From Anaeromyxobacter sp. (GTDB lineage Bacteria; Myxococcota; Myxococcia; Myxococcales; Anaeromyxobacteraceae), in NCBI GenBank assembly GCA_049840735.1, contig JASGJN010000022.1, positions 32,001-96,000 on the forward strand: a DNA stretch of 64,000 nt. Reading direction: 5' to 3'. The translations under genes were made by a program, and so were the position numbers. Below, in pieces: positions 38,955-49,783 of this stretch. Each line of letters opens with the position of its first letter. Position 1 is the stretch's first letter. Under the pieces are notes generated by a model. The model did not search any database. It worked only from the letters and a program-made list of their open reading frames with translations, and had not been told where the DNA came from.

Positions 38955-39890
38955 CTACAGCCCCCCCAGCCGCGTGGCCCGCAGCAGCATGGGGAGCACC
39001 GTCCCGCGCTCCACCAGCGCCATGTGGTCGAGCTGCGAGCGCCAGTAGACCACCGCGGCCCGGCGGTCGCGCGCGGTGACGGCGCGGTCGGGGAGGGCCG
39101 GGTGGAAGCGCGCCCCCGGCACCGACGGCAGCCAGGCCTCCGTGCGCCGGGCCGTCTCCTGCCCCACCAGCAGGAGCCGGCGCCGCCCGGCCGGCGCGCC
39201 CCCGAGCCAGGCCGCCAGCTCGTCCTCGCCGCGGTAGAGGCCGTCCAGCAGCAGGATCTCCTCCACGCGCGGGTGGACCAGCCAGGGCAGCACGGTGCGG
39301 ATGGCGCCGGAGTGGCCGGCCACCACCACCGGCCCCTGCGGCAGCCCAAGCTGGGCGCGCGCGGCCACCTCGCCCAAGAGCTCGGCCAGGCCCGGCCAGG
39401 CCACCCCCTCGCCGTTCCAGGACGGGGCCTCGGCGGCGACGAAGAGCGCGTTGCGCCCGCTGTCGCGGAACTGCTCGGCCAGCCGGTGGTCCACGAAGGC
39501 CTGGTCCACGCTGGTGAAGTAGCCGTGGACGTAGACCACCACGCCCGCGGTGCGGGGGGCGTAGCCGCGCGGCAGCCAGACGTGGACCGCCCCGCGCGAG
39601 GTGCCCAGGCGCAGGCGGCGCCCCTCCGCCCGCGTGCCGCGCTCCACCGCGCCGTCGGCCACCGGCGCCACCACCGTCTGCGACCAGGGCGGCTGGGTGC
39701 GGTCGGGCTCGGCCGGCGGTGGGGCAGGAGGCGGGGTGGGTGGCACGGAGGGTACCGTGGGCGCTGCCTCGGTGGATTCCTGGTCGGGGTTCGACAGGCT
39801 CACCCCGGGCGGCTCCTCGGGCGCCTGCGCGCCCTGCGCGGCGCAGGCCAGGAGGAGCCCGGCGGCCGGCAAGAGCCGAGCCCGCCGCAC
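38955..39890 (-). CDS. Hypothetical lipoprotein with alpha/beta-hydrolase-like motifs
   Basis: LLLAC lipobox, VYVHG, AGHSGA, LLDGLY, LDH. Confidence 0.65.
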   Translation of the reverse strand: MRRARLLPAAGLLLACAAQGAQAPEEPPGVSLSNPDQESTEAAPTVPSVPPTPPPAPPPAEPDRTQPPWSQTVVAPVADGAVERGTRAEGRRLRLGTSRGAVHVWLPRGYAPRTAGVVVYVHGYFTSVDQAFVDHRLAEQFRDSGRNALFVAAEAPSWNGEGVAWPGLAELLGEVAARAQLGLPQGPVVVAGHSGAIRTVLPWLVHPRVEEILLLDGLYRGEDELAAWLGGAPAGRRRLLLVGQETARRTEAWLPSVPGARFHPALPDRAVTARDRRAAVVYWRSQLDHMALVERGTVLPMLLRATRLGGL

Positions 39891-39906
39891 GCGGCCCCGC
39901 GCGCCG

Positions 39907-41187
39907 TCACTTCGCGGTGGCCTCGGCCTTGCGCGTGACCAGCAGGTGGTACTGGTCGTTGCCGTCGATGTAGCCGTAGCGGATGGGCAGCGCGCGCCGC
40001 GGCTGGCCCGCCCAGAGCTTCACCATCTCGGCGTCGATGGTGGGGCTCACGTCGAGGAAGGCCTTGGTGTAGCTGCCGTAGGTCTCCTGGACGAAGCCGG
40101 CCTTGGAGGCCCAGCGCGGCGGGATGCCGGTCGAGTCGGAGATCATGAAGACCATGTTCGCGAGCAGCACGTCGCGCACGGCGGAGAAGTCGTCGCGCCA
40201 GAGCAGGTAGCTGGCCGCCTTGGTCATGGCCACGAAGCGGCCCTTCTTGCGCAGGTGCTCCAGCGTGCCGGGCGCCTGCTTGAGCGCGCCGTCGGAGAGG
40301 TCGGCGGCGATGTGGCGGTGCACGCGGGCCTTCGAGGGATCCTCGCCCTTCTTCACGAAGGTCAGCTCGGCGTTGGAGAAGGCCGCGGAGAAGTCCGGCG
40401 CGGTCCACTTGCCGCGGAACAGCTTGGCCGACTCCTTCTCGGCGGCGGCGATCTCGGTGGCGGTGAGGTAGTGCAGGGAGCCGTCCGGCTCGACGCGGAA
40501 GTAGCGCAGCCCCACCGGCTCGTAGCCGTGCACCGCCAGCGCCGTCAGGAAGAAGGCCAGCTGGCCGGGGAGCTCGCCGCGCTGCCCCTTCATGAGGTTC
40601 TCGGTCTTGGAGTCGTTGGCCACCAGCAGGCCGTTGGAGGTGGCGCGGATCACCTCCAGGCTCTCCGCCAGCTTCTTCCGGTCCTTCTTGAGCAGCGGCA
40701 GGCGGCGCGGGTCGCCGGCGTGCTCGAGCGAGAGCGTGGTGACGTTCTTCGCGTCCGGGTAGGTGGTCAGCGCGGAGATGAGGTCGCCGCCGCCGGCCGG
40801 GTAGACCACCGCGGTGGGCAGGCCCGCCGGCCGCAGCTTGGCCAGGAAGGCCGACGCCTTGGGCAGGTAGCCGTCGCGGTAGGAAGCCATCGCCTTCGAC
40901 TGCCGGGCGCAGAACGCCTGCACCACCTTGGCGTCGTAGCCGGCGGGCGGCGCGCCCTGGCAGGAGACCAGCGCGAACAGCTCCTTCGCCTCGGCGCTAA
41001 AGTCGGCGGCGGGCTGGGCGGCCGGCGCGAGCGCGTCGTCCGGGATCTCGCAGGGCTTCACCGGCGCACACGGCACCTCCTTGCCGCCGGTGGAGGGCGA
41101 GGCAGGTGCGGCGGGCGCCTCGGCGCGGGCCAGGGATGCGGTCGTGAGCAGCAGGGCCGTGAGGGCGGTGTAGGGACGCGGGAACAT
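39907..41187 (-). CDS. Secreted hypothetical protein
   Basis: Signal peptide and strong codon bias; conserved-looking VYPAGGGD, KAASYLLW and DSTGIPP motifs. Confidence 0.75.
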   Translation of the reverse strand: MFPRPYTALTALLLTTASLARAEAPAAPASPSTGGKEVPCAPVKPCEIPDDALAPAAQPAADFSAEAKELFALVSCQGAPPAGYDAKVVQAFCARQSKAMASYRDGYLPKASAFLAKLRPAGLPTAVVYPAGGGDLISALTTYPDAKNVTTLSLEHAGDPRRLPLLKKDRKKLAESLEVIRATSNGLLVANDSKTENLMKGQRGELPGQLAFFLTALAVHGYEPVGLRYFRVEPDGSLHYLTATEIAAAEKESAKLFRGKWTAPDFSAAFSNAELTFVKKGEDPSKARVHRHIAADLSDGALKQAPGTLEHLRKKGRFVAMTKAASYLLWRDDFSAVRDVLLANMVFMISDSTGIPPRWASKAGFVQETYGSYTKAFLDVSPTIDAEMVKLWAGQPRRALPIRYGYIDGNDQYHLLVTRKAEATAK

Positions 41188-41212
41188 GGCGCTTCATGTA
41201 CCATGCGCGCCC

Positions 41213-42589
41213 ATGACGGAGCGAACCGACGCGAAGCTCACCCTCTGGCCCGGCGTGGGGCTGGTGGCCGCCAACATGATCGGGGCGGGGGTGTTCCTGT
41301 CGGCCGGCTTCATGGCGCAGTCGCTCGGGCCCGGGACCATCCTGCTGGCCTGGGTGGTGGGCATGGCGCTGGCGCTGTGCGGCGCGCTCGCGTACGCCGA
41401 GCTGGCGCGGCTGGTGCCCCGCTCCGGCGGCGAGTACCGCTACCTCTCCGACCTGCTCCACCCCTCGCTCGGCTTCCTGGCCGGCTGGGCCTCGCTGCTG
41501 GTGGGCTTCTCGGCCCCCATCGCCATCGACGCGCTGGCCGCCGGCGCCTTCGCCCGCACCGTCTTCCCGGCCCTCTCGCCGGCCTGGACCGGCGCGGCGC
41601 TGGTGGTGATCCTGACCGCGCTCCACGCCGCCGGCCTGCGCACCTCGGCCCGCGCGCAGAACGCGCTGGTGGTGGTGAAGGCGCTCTTGCTGGTGGGGTT
41701 CGTGGCGGTGGGGCTGGTGCAAGGCAGCCACGCGCTGCCCACCTGGACGCCGCCGTCGGGCGGCGGCCCGGCGGCGCTGCCCTTCGCCAGCAGCCTGTTC
41801 TTCATCGCCTTCGCCTTCAGCGGCTGGAACGCGGTGGCCTACGCGGCGGAGGAGTTCCGCGAGCCGGCGCGCACCGTGCCGCGGGCCATGCTCCTGGGCT
41901 GCCTGCTGGTGGGGGCGCTGTATCTGCTGGTGAACGCCATCTTCGTCTTCAACCTGACCCCGGCCGACGCGACGGTGGTCTTCGGCTACGATCAGCTGGC
42001 CAGCGGCGGCGCGGCCGAGACCTCGCAGGTGACGCTGGCGCACGCGCTGGTGGCGCGGCTGCTGGGGGCCGGCTCGGGCGCGGTCATGTCGCTCTTCACC
42101 GTGGCGGTCTTCGTCTCCGCCATGAGCGCCATGATCTTCGTCGGCCCGCGGGTCTACGCCGCCATGGCGCGCGACGGGTACCTGCCCCGGGTGCTGGCCG
42201 GGCAGGAGGGGAAGCCGCCGTTGGGCGCGGTGCTGCTGCAGGGCGGGCTGGCGCTGCTGATCCTCGGCACCCACCAGCTGCGGGACATCCTGGGCAACGT
42301 GGGTGCGGTGCTCACCTTCTTCGCCGCCCTGACCGTGCTCGGGCTGTTCCGGGCCGCGCTCCGGCCTGGCGACGGCCCCCGGCCCCGCGCCTTGGCCCTG
42401 GCCGCCGCCGCCGTGTACGCCATCTCCGCCGCCGGCCTGATGATCGCCTTCGGCCTGTGGGGCAAGCTGGAGTCGCTGGCCTGGATCGGCGTCACCGTGG
42501 CGGTGGGGCTGGGCGCCTATGGCGTCTCGGTGCTGGCCCGGCGCCGCCAGGCCGCGCCGGCTGCCGGCGCGTCGCGCCAGGCGGCCTGA
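41213..42589 (+). CDS. APC family amino-acid permease
   Basis: NMIGAGVF, YAEL, RSGGEYRY, FAFSGWN, GPRVYAAMARDG. Confidence 0.93.
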   Translation: MTERTDAKLTLWPGVGLVAANMIGAGVFLSAGFMAQSLGPGTILLAWVVGMALALCGALAYAELARLVPRSGGEYRYLSDLLHPSLGFLAGWASLLVGFSAPIAIDALAAGAFARTVFPALSPAWTGAALVVILTALHAAGLRTSARAQNALVVVKALLLVGFVAVGLVQGSHALPTWTPPSGGGPAALPFASSLFFIAFAFSGWNAVAYAAEEFREPARTVPRAMLLGCLLVGALYLLVNAIFVFNLTPADATVVFGYDQLASGGAAETSQVTLAHALVARLLGAGSGAVMSLFTVAVFVSAMSAMIFVGPRVYAAMARDGYLPRVLAGQEGKPPLGAVLLQGGLALLILGTHQLRDILGNVGAVLTFFAALTVLGLFRAALRPGDGPRPRALALAAAAVYAISAAGLMIAFGLWGKLESLAWIGVTVAVGLGAYGVSVLARRRQAAPAAGASRQAA

Positions 42590-42721
42590 ATCCGAGGCAG
42601 CTGCCGGGAATCCGCGCGGATGGGCCGCCCTCCAAGGGTGGACCCTGGATAGTCGACACCTGCGGTCAGACGTGGTTTTCTGCCGCCGTTTTCGGAAGCC
42701 ACCCTCCCCACGAGGAGCCGC

Positions 42722-44806
42722 ATGGCCGAGCCCGCGCACGCACCCCAGGCATCCAGCACCAAGGACTTCAAGCCGTACATCCCCGCCGAGCGGATCCTGC
42801 CCGAGTTCACGGTCAAGGCCGTGCTCCTGGGCGCGATCTTCGGCATCGTCTTCGGCGCCTCCACCGTCTACCTGGCCCTCAAGGCCGGCCTGACGGTCTC
42901 GGCGTCGATCCCGATCGCGGTGATCGCCATCTCGCTGGGCCAGAAGGTCTTCAAGACCACCATCCTCGAGAACAACATCATCCAGACCACCGGCTCGGCC
43001 GGCGAGTCGATCGCGGCGGGCGTGGTCTTCACGCTGCCCGGCTTCCTCTTCCTCTCCACCGATCCGACCACCGGCAGCTCCATCGGTGCCGGCTACTTCA
43101 ACTACATCACGCTCTTCACCCTGGCGATCGTGGGCGGCATCCTGGGCGTCCTCATGATGGTGCCGCTGCGGCGGTCGCTCATCGTGAAGGAGCACGGGCA
43201 GCTGGTCTACCCGGAGGGCGCGGCCTGCGCCTCGGTGCTCATCGCCGGTGACAAGGGCGGCAGCTTCGCCAAGACCGCCTTCCTGGGCGTCGGCTTCGCG
43301 ATGACCTACGCGCTGCTGCAGAAGGTCCTGCACGTCATCGCCGAGACCCCGGCCTTCGTCACGGCCAAGGTCAACAAGTGGCTGCCCAACGCCACCGTCA
43401 ACGGCGAGATCACCCCCGAGTACATGGGCGTGGGCTACATCATCGGCCCGCGCATCGCCGGCGTGCTGGTGGCCGGCGGCGTGCTCGCCTGGCTGGGGCT
43501 CATCCCGCTCCTCTCGGTGCTGGTGCCGGTGGACGTGATCCAGGCACAGCTGGCCAAGGTCGGCTCCAACCCCACCGGCTTCGGCTGGGACGAGGCCACC
43601 CGCACCTACGCCGACATGCCCAACGCCGTCTACCGCGCCTACATCCGCCAGATCGGCGCCGGCGCCGTGGCGGCGGGCGGCTTCATCACGCTGCTCAAGA
43701 CCCTGCCGACCATCTACACCTCCCTGCGCGACTCCATCCGCTCGCTCTCCGACAAGGCGGGCGGCGGCAGCGTGGCCCGCACCGAGCGCGACCTGTCCTT
43801 CGTGACGGTGATCGTCGGCTCGCTCCTGCTGGTGCTGCTGCTGGTGTTCCTGCCGCAGATCCCGGGGGACTCCGTCCTGCAGAAGCTGCTCGTCGGGCTC
43901 CTCATCATCGTCTTCGGCTTCATCTTCGTGACGGTCTCGTCGCGCATCGTCGGCCTCATCGGGTCGTCGTCCAACCCCATCTCCGGCATGACCATCGCCA
44001 CGCTGATGGCCACCGCCATGGTCTTCGTCTCGGTGGGCTGGACCGGCTCCGCCTACGAGCCGCTGGCCCTGGTGGTGGGCGGCATGGTCTGCATCGCCGC
44101 CGCCAACGCCGGCGCGACCAGCCAGGACCTCAAGACCGGGTACCTGGTGGGCGCCACGCCGCGGGCCCAGCAGATCGCCCTCTTCGTCGGCGCCATCGCC
44201 TCGGCCATCGTGATCGGCATCACGCTCAAGATCCTCGACACCCCCACCCCGGCGATGGCCGCCCAGGGGATCCAGCACGCCATCGGCTCGCCGGCGTTCC
44301 CGGCGCCGCAGGGAACGCTGATGGCCACGCTCATCAAGGGGCTGCTCTCGCTCAACCTCGACTGGCACTTCGTGCTGGTGGGCGTCTTCTTCGCCGTCAC
44401 CATGGAGCTGTGCGGGGTGAAGTCGCTCTCCTTCGCGGTCGGCCTCTACCTGCCCCTCTCCACCACGCTGCCGATCTTCGCCGGCGGCGCGCTCAAGGGG
44501 ATCGTGGACACGGTGAGCCGCAGGAAGGGTGAGGTGGCCGAGGACGCGGAGCTGGGCGGCGGGGCCCTGTTCGCCACCGGCCTGGTCGCCGGCGGGGCGC
44601 TCTTCGGCGTGGTCGCGGCCTTCCTCAACCTCTTCGCGCCGAAGTTCATGGACGCGGTGAACCTCGAGCACGGGCTCAGCGCCGCGCTGGGCAGCGGCGG
44701 CTACCAGCTCCTGGGCGTGGCCTTCTTCGCCGCCCTGGGCTTCGCGCTCTACAAGGTGGCGCGCCGGCCGTCGCCGGTGGCGCCCACCGCGCCGCCCGCG
44801 GCGTAG
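42722..44806 (+). CDS. OPT family oligopeptide transporter
   Basis: [46 protein letters not shown]. Confidence 0.95.
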   Translation: MAEPAHAPQASSTKDFKPYIPAERILPEFTVKAVLLGAIFGIVFGASTVYLALKAGLTVSASIPIAVIAISLGQKVFKTTILENNIIQTTGSAGESIAAGVVFTLPGFLFLSTDPTTGSSIGAGYFNYITLFTLAIVGGILGVLMMVPLRRSLIVKEHGQLVYPEGAACASVLIAGDKGGSFAKTAFLGVGFAMTYALLQKVLHVIAETPAFVTAKVNKWLPNATVNGEITPEYMGVGYIIGPRIAGVLVAGGVLAWLGLIPLLSVLVPVDVIQAQLAKVGSNPTGFGWDEATRTYADMPNAVYRAYIRQIGAGAVAAGGFITLLKTLPTIYTSLRDSIRSLSDKAGGGSVARTERDLSFVTVIVGSLLLVLLLVFLPQIPGDSVLQKLLVGLLIIVFGFIFVTVSSRIVGLIGSSSNPISGMTIATLMATAMVFVSVGWTGSAYEPLALVVGGMVCIAAANAGATSQDLKTGYLVGATPRAQQIALFVGAIASAIVIGITLKILDTPTPAMAAQGIQHAIGSPAFPAPQGTLMATLIKGLLSLNLDWHFVLVGVFFAVTMELCGVKSLSFAVGLYLPLSTTLPIFAGGALKGIVDTVSRRKGEVAEDAELGGGALFATGLVAGGALFGVVAAFLNLFAPKFMDAVNLEHGLSAALGSGGYQLLGVAFFAALGFALYKVARRPSPVAPTAPPAA

Positions 44807-44827
44807 CCGGGACGATCGCGACCTCAC

Positions 44828-44858
44828 GCCGCCCGCCGGGTCCGTCCCGGCGGGCGGT
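44828..44858. terminator. GC hairpin between convergent genes
   Basis: CCGCCCGCCGGG-TCCGT-CCCGGCGGGCGG. Confidence 0.5.
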
Positions 44859-44885
44859 CGTGTATCGGTTCAAAGGTGCCGCGCC

Positions 44886-44935
44886 GGCCTTCGACTCCGC
44901 CCCGCCTGCGGCGGGGCTACGCTCAGGCTGACCGG
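44886..44935 (+). repeat. REP-like element
   Basis: GGCCTTCGACTCCG-CCCCGCC TGC GGCGGGG-CTACGCTCAGGCTGACCGG. Confidence 0.85.
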
Positions 44936-44967
44936 AACCGAACAAGCCTCGTGCTTCGACGAGCCCG

Positions 44968-47665
44968 CTAGATCTCCTTCAGCGAGGCGATCTCCGCCGC
45001 CAGGTCCTTGTTCTTCTGGTGGTAGCGGGCGACCTCGCCGTTCAGGAAGTCGTTCTCGCCCTTGAGGTCCTCGACCTCCTCGGCCAGCTTGGCGAGCGCG
45101 GTCTTGAGCTGCGCCACCGCGGCCGGATCCGGCGCGGCGGGGCGGGGGGCGGCCGCGGCCTGCTCCAGCTCCTGGACGCGCTTGCGGGCGACCATCTCGG
45201 CGCGGGCGCGGGCCTCGAGGTGCTTCTCGAGGTCCACCAGCGCGGCCTTCAGGCGGCCCAGCTCGGCCTCGTGCCGGGCCTCGGCCTGGGCCATCTCGTC
45301 GGCCAGCTGCCGGGCCGCGGCCTCGCCGGTGGCGGCCTGCTGGCCGACCTGGGCGCGCGCGCGCTCCACCTCGGCGCGCACCCGCTCCAGCTCGGCGGCG
45401 CGCTGCGTGCGCTCCGCCTCCTGCTCGGCCACGCGGCGGCGCGCCGCCTCCAGCTCGCCCTGCTGCCGCGAGAGCTGGGCCTGCAGCTTGCCGGCCTCGA
45501 CCGCCAGCCGCTCCTCCTGCTTGGCCCGCTCCGCCGCCGCGGCCTGCGCGGCGCGGGAGGCGGCCTCGGCGGCCTGCGTCCGCTGCTGCACCATCTCGCG
45601 CAGCGACGCGACCTCCTTGCGCAGCCGCGGGACCTCCTCGGCCACCGGCTCCAGCGGCGCCAGCCGCTGCACCTCGGCCTCCAGCCGCTTGGCCCGGTCG
45701 CGCTCGGCCTCTCCCTCGCGCCGCGCCGCCGTGATCTCCTGCGCCAGCTGGTCCCGCTGGGCGGCGGCCTGGGCCGCCTTGCGCTCGGTCTCGGCGCGGG
45801 CCGCCTCCAGCCGGCCCAGCTCGCCGCGCGCGCCCTCGGCCGACGCCCGCCCCTCGTCCAGCGCCGCGTTCAGGTCGCCGATGCGCAGCTCGGCCGCGGT
45901 CAGCTCGGCGGTGCGCGCCTGCCAGGCGTGCTCGGCCGCGACCGCCTTCTCCTCGTAGGCGCGCGTCTCGGCGCGGGAGGTCTTGAGCATCTCCTCCAGC
46001 TGCTTGCGCACGTCGCCGGCGCGGGCCAGCTCGGTCTCGAGCTGCCCGAATCCGCCCCTGCGCGTCGGCCAGCTCCCCGGCCGCCACCTGCGAGCGGCCG
46101 TCGGCCTCCTCCACCCGCGCCCGGAGCGCCTCCGCCTCGGCCTGGGCCTCGCGCCGCGTCTCGGCCAGCGCACCCTCCAGCCGCGCCACCTCGTGCGCGC
46201 TGGCCTCCAGCGCGTCGTGGGTGCGGGCCAGCTCGGCCTCGACCGTGGCCTTCTCCTCGGCCAGCGCCTGCTGCCGGCTGGCGGCGGCCTGCGCCTCGGC
46301 CTGGGCCTGCGCCTGGTCGGCGGCGCGCGCCGCCTCCAGCGCCGCCACCGCCTCGCGGTGGTGCGCGTCGGCCTCGGCGCGCGACTGGTCCAGCTGCGCG
46401 ATCTCCTCGGCCCGCTCGGCCTGCAGCATGGCCACGGCGCGGGCGTGGCTCTCGCGCGCCTCGGCCAGCTCCGCCTCGAGGCGGGCCCGGGTGTCCTCCG
46501 CCTCGGCGATGCGGGCGGCGCTGGCCTGCGCGGCCGCCTCCGCCTGCTGCATGGTGTCGTCCAGCACCTCGGAGAGCGAGCGGCGGGTGGCCTCGCTCTG
46601 GTCGAGGCTGACCTGCAGGTCCTGGATGCGGCCGGCCTGGGCGGCGGCGTCCTGCCCGGCCTCCTGCAGCCGGTGCTCCAGCCCGGCGGTGCGAGAGCGC
46701 TCCGCGTCGAGCGACTCCTGCAGCAGGTCGCGCTCGGCGCCCAGCTCGGCGGCCTGGGCCTTCAGCTCGGTGAGCGCGTCCCGCATCCTGGCCAGGAACG
46801 CGTCGCGGGCGCGGAGCCGGTCGCGGAAGTACTCCAGCTTCTCGTCCGGCGTGCCCTTGGGCGGGGCCGGATCGCGCGGCCACTCGGAGAGGACGTCGGT
46901 GGGGTCGCTGCGCCCGACCTTCACCTTGCCCAGCGTGGCGCCCCTGACCTCGGCGGCGGGCGGGGGCGGCATGCGCGGCGGGACCGGCGGCGGCGCGATG
47001 GGCGGGGCGCCCGCAGCGGCCGCGGGGGCCTGCTGCTGCGCCGGCGGCGCCGGGGGCGGCGGCGGCGCGGTGGGCGCCTTGCCCTCGGGCGGGCGCGGCG
47101 GCTGCGGCGGCCGGGCCGGCTTCTGCTGCTGCGGCGCGCTCGCGGCGGCCATGGCGGCGGCCAGGCCGCGCGCGGCCACGGCGCCGGAGTCGACGCGCTG
47201 CAGGACCGGCGGCGCCTCGGGCTGCTCGGGCGCGGGCCGCTTGCCGTCGAGGCGCGGCGCGGCCGGCGGCATGGGCGGCGGCGGCGGGGCGGGCGCGTCG
47301 GCGTTGAGCAGCGCGGCGGCGCGGCCCAGCAGGTCGGCCAGCTCGAAGGGCTTGCGCAGGTAGTCGTCGGCGCGCGTGCGCGTGGCGCGGTGCGCCTCGA
47401 TGGCGGCCTCGGTGGCCTCGCCGGTGTAGAGCAGCAGCGGGACGCTGGAGAGCGCGCGCTTGAGCCGGTTGCAGACCGAGAACCCGCTCATGTCGGGCAG
47501 CTCGGCCGCGAGCAGGATCAGGTCGGGGGGCTCCTGGCGGCAGCGCTCGACGGCGGGCTCACCGGCGTTGACGGCCGTGACGCTGAAGCCCACCGGGCCG
47601 AAGGCGCGGCGGATCTCGTCAGCGAGGCCGGGATCCGGCTCGACGAGGAGGACGCGGAAGGACAT
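44968..47665 (-). CDS. Pseudo-receiver + Pro-rich linker + long coiled-coil protein (AglZ/FrzS-like), +1 frameshift at about 46050
   Basis: RVLLVE...PDLILLAAELPDMSGFSVC...ADDYLRKPF, GTPDEKLEYFRDRL, and long heptad-rich helix across two frames. Confidence 0.8.
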
Positions 47666-47931
47666 GTCGATCCGCATGCTACGCCGATCGGCCCGGGCCG
47701 CGAAGAAGGCGGCGGATGTCGTACACCGGCGGCGTGGGCGCACGCACCGTATGCGGCAGCGGCCGATACCGGACCGTCGGGCTCGGGACCGTTCCATCCT
47801 GGGCCGGCAGCTTCTCCCCGAGGCCTGGAGCCTGAGGCCCGAGGCCTCCATTGGTCCATTTCGCCGCGCCCTGCTGGCCACCGGCTGCGGGACCGGGTAG
47901 GTACGCTCCCGCGAGGCGAGAGGAGAGACCC

Positions 47932-48787
47932 GTGCCGACCTGGGCCGTGACGGTGGAGACGACGCGCGAGGCGGCCGAGGACCGCTCGGCGGAGCTGTGG
48001 GAGCTGGGCGCCGCCGGCGTGGAGGTGCGCGACGGCGAGGGCATCCCGATGCCCGGGCGCGCCCCGCCGCCCGGCGCGGCCGTGCTGGTGGGCTGGTTCG
48101 CGGCGCGCGACGAGGCCGAGGAGGCCGCCGCCGAGCTGGGCGGGCAGCTGGAGGAGATCCAGGACGAGGACTGGGGCGAGCGCTGGAAGCAGGGGCTCGG
48201 CCCCCTGCTCATCGGCCGGGCCTTCGTGCGGCCGTCCTGGGTGGAGGCCGAGGTGCCGGCCGGCGCGGCCGAGGTGGTGCTGGACCCCGGCATGGCCTTC
48301 GGCACCGGGACCCACCCCACCACCTCGCTCTGCCTGGGCGCGCTCTCCGAGCTGCTCGCGGCCCGCCCCGGCGCCTCGGTGCTGGACGTGGGCACCGGCT
48401 CCGGGCTGCTGGCCATCGCGGCGCGCAAGCTGGGCGCAGGGCGGGTGGCCGGTAACGACAACGACCCCCATCGCGGTCGAGGTGGCGCGCGAGAACGCGG
48501 CCCGCAACGGCGTGCCGGAGGTGGCGCTGACGGTGGAGGGGCTCCCCGCCATCGCCGGGCCCTTCCAGCTGGTGGTGGCCAACATCCTGGCCAACACGCT
48601 GGTGGAGCTGGCGCCGGCCATCGCGGCGCAGGTCGCGCCGGGCGGCGTGGTGCTGCTCTCCGGCATCCTCACGCCGCAGGAGGACGAGGTGCGCGGCGCC
48701 TACCTGGCGGCCGGCCTGCGGCCGCTGCCGGGCGGCGATCGCCGCCAGGGCGAGTGGAGCCTGCTGGCGCTGGAGCGGGCCCGGTGA
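47932..48787 (+). CDS. prmA: 50S ribosomal protein L11 methyltransferase, +1 frameshift at about 48466
   Basis: DPGMAFGTGTHPTT, VLDVGTGSGLLAI, then VVANILA...LSGIL in the next frame. Confidence 0.93.
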
Positions 48788-49524
48788 GCCTGCGCCGGGT
48801 CCACCTGCCGCCGGAGCGGATCGGGGCGGAGGCGGCCGCGCTCACGCCCGAGGCCCGCCACTACCTGCGCGACGTGCTGCGGCTCGCGCCGGGCGCGGCG
48901 GTGGAGCTGTTCGACGGGGCGGGGGGCGCCTGGCGCGCCACCATCGACGCCGCCTTCGAGCAGCTGACGCTGGGGGCGCGGCGCGAGGCGCGCCCTGCGC
49001 TGCGGCTCACGCTGCTGGTGGCGCTGGCCAAGGGGGAGAAGCTGGAGCTGGTGGTGCAGAAGGCCACCGAGCTGGGCGCCACCGACCTCTTTCCGTTCGC
49101 GGCGGAGCGGTCGGTGGTGAAGCTGGACGGCGAGAAGGGCGAGGCGCGCGCCGAGCGCTGGCGGCGCATCGCCGAGGAGGCGGCGCGGCAGTGCGGGCGG
49201 GCCGACGTGCCGCGGGTGGCCGCGCCCGGGCCGCTGGAGGCGGCGCTCCAGGCCCTGCCGCCCGGCTGCGCCGCGTTCGTCTTCCACCCCGGCGGCCAGC
49301 CGCTGCCGCCGCTCTCGGAGGAGGGCGGGCCGGGGCTGGTGCTGACGCCCGGCGGCGTGGCGGCGGTGGTGGGGCCGGAGGGCGGCCTGACCGATCGCGA
49401 GGTGGAGGCGTGCGAGCGGACGGGCGCCCGGCGCGCGACGCTGGGCCCGCGCATCCTGAGGGCGGAAACGGCCGCGCTGGTGGCCGCCGCGCTGCTCCAG
49501 TCGCGGTACGGCGATCTAGGCTGA
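48784..49524 (+). CDS. rsmE: 16S rRNA m3U1498 methyltransferase RsmE
   Basis: HYLRDVLRL, VQKATELG, EAARQCGR, VGPEGG, LGPRILRAETA. Confidence 0.96.
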   Translation: MSLRRVHLPPERIGAEAAALTPEARHYLRDVLRLAPGAAVELFDGAGGAWRATIDAAFEQLTLGARREARPALRLTLLVALAKGEKLELVVQKATELGATDLFPFAAERSVVKLDGEKGEARAERWRRIAEEAARQCGRADVPRVAAPGPLEAALQALPPGCAAFVFHPGGQPLPPLSEEGGPGLVLTPGGVAAVVGPEGGLTDREVEACERTGARRATLGPRILRAETAALVAAALLQSRYGDLG

Positions 49525-49549
49525 GCGGCGCGGGGAGATTGCGCCGAGC

Positions 49550-49745
49550 GTGTCTCGCGGGGTGGGGGCCCCCGCGCATGCGCGGGGGAGGGGCCGAGCC
49601 CCTCCTCGCTGGGTGCCGCGCAAGGCCCCCATCCTCAATCTCCAAGATTTGGGGCCGCAGCGCGGCGGGACCCAGCGCAGCAGGGGTGGGGCCCCGACGT
49701 CCTTCGGCAGGCTCAGGACGGCGGGGCGGGGGCGCAGCCCCCGCA
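49550..49745. repeat. Composite palindromic intergenic element containing a minimal REP core
   Basis: Two GGGGTGGGG(G)CCCCG...GGGGC..AGCCCC units; GTCCT-TCGGCAGGCTC-AGGAC at 49699-49719. Confidence 0.6.
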
Positions 49746-49783
49746 AATTTGACCCAGTGACCACGGGCCTCTAGCCTCGGGCG

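Noticed and set aside
47851..49524. PrmA-RsmE fusion ORF
   Set aside because: Artefact of a +1 insertion in prmA; the true prmA end and the GTGA-coupled rsmE start are both present.
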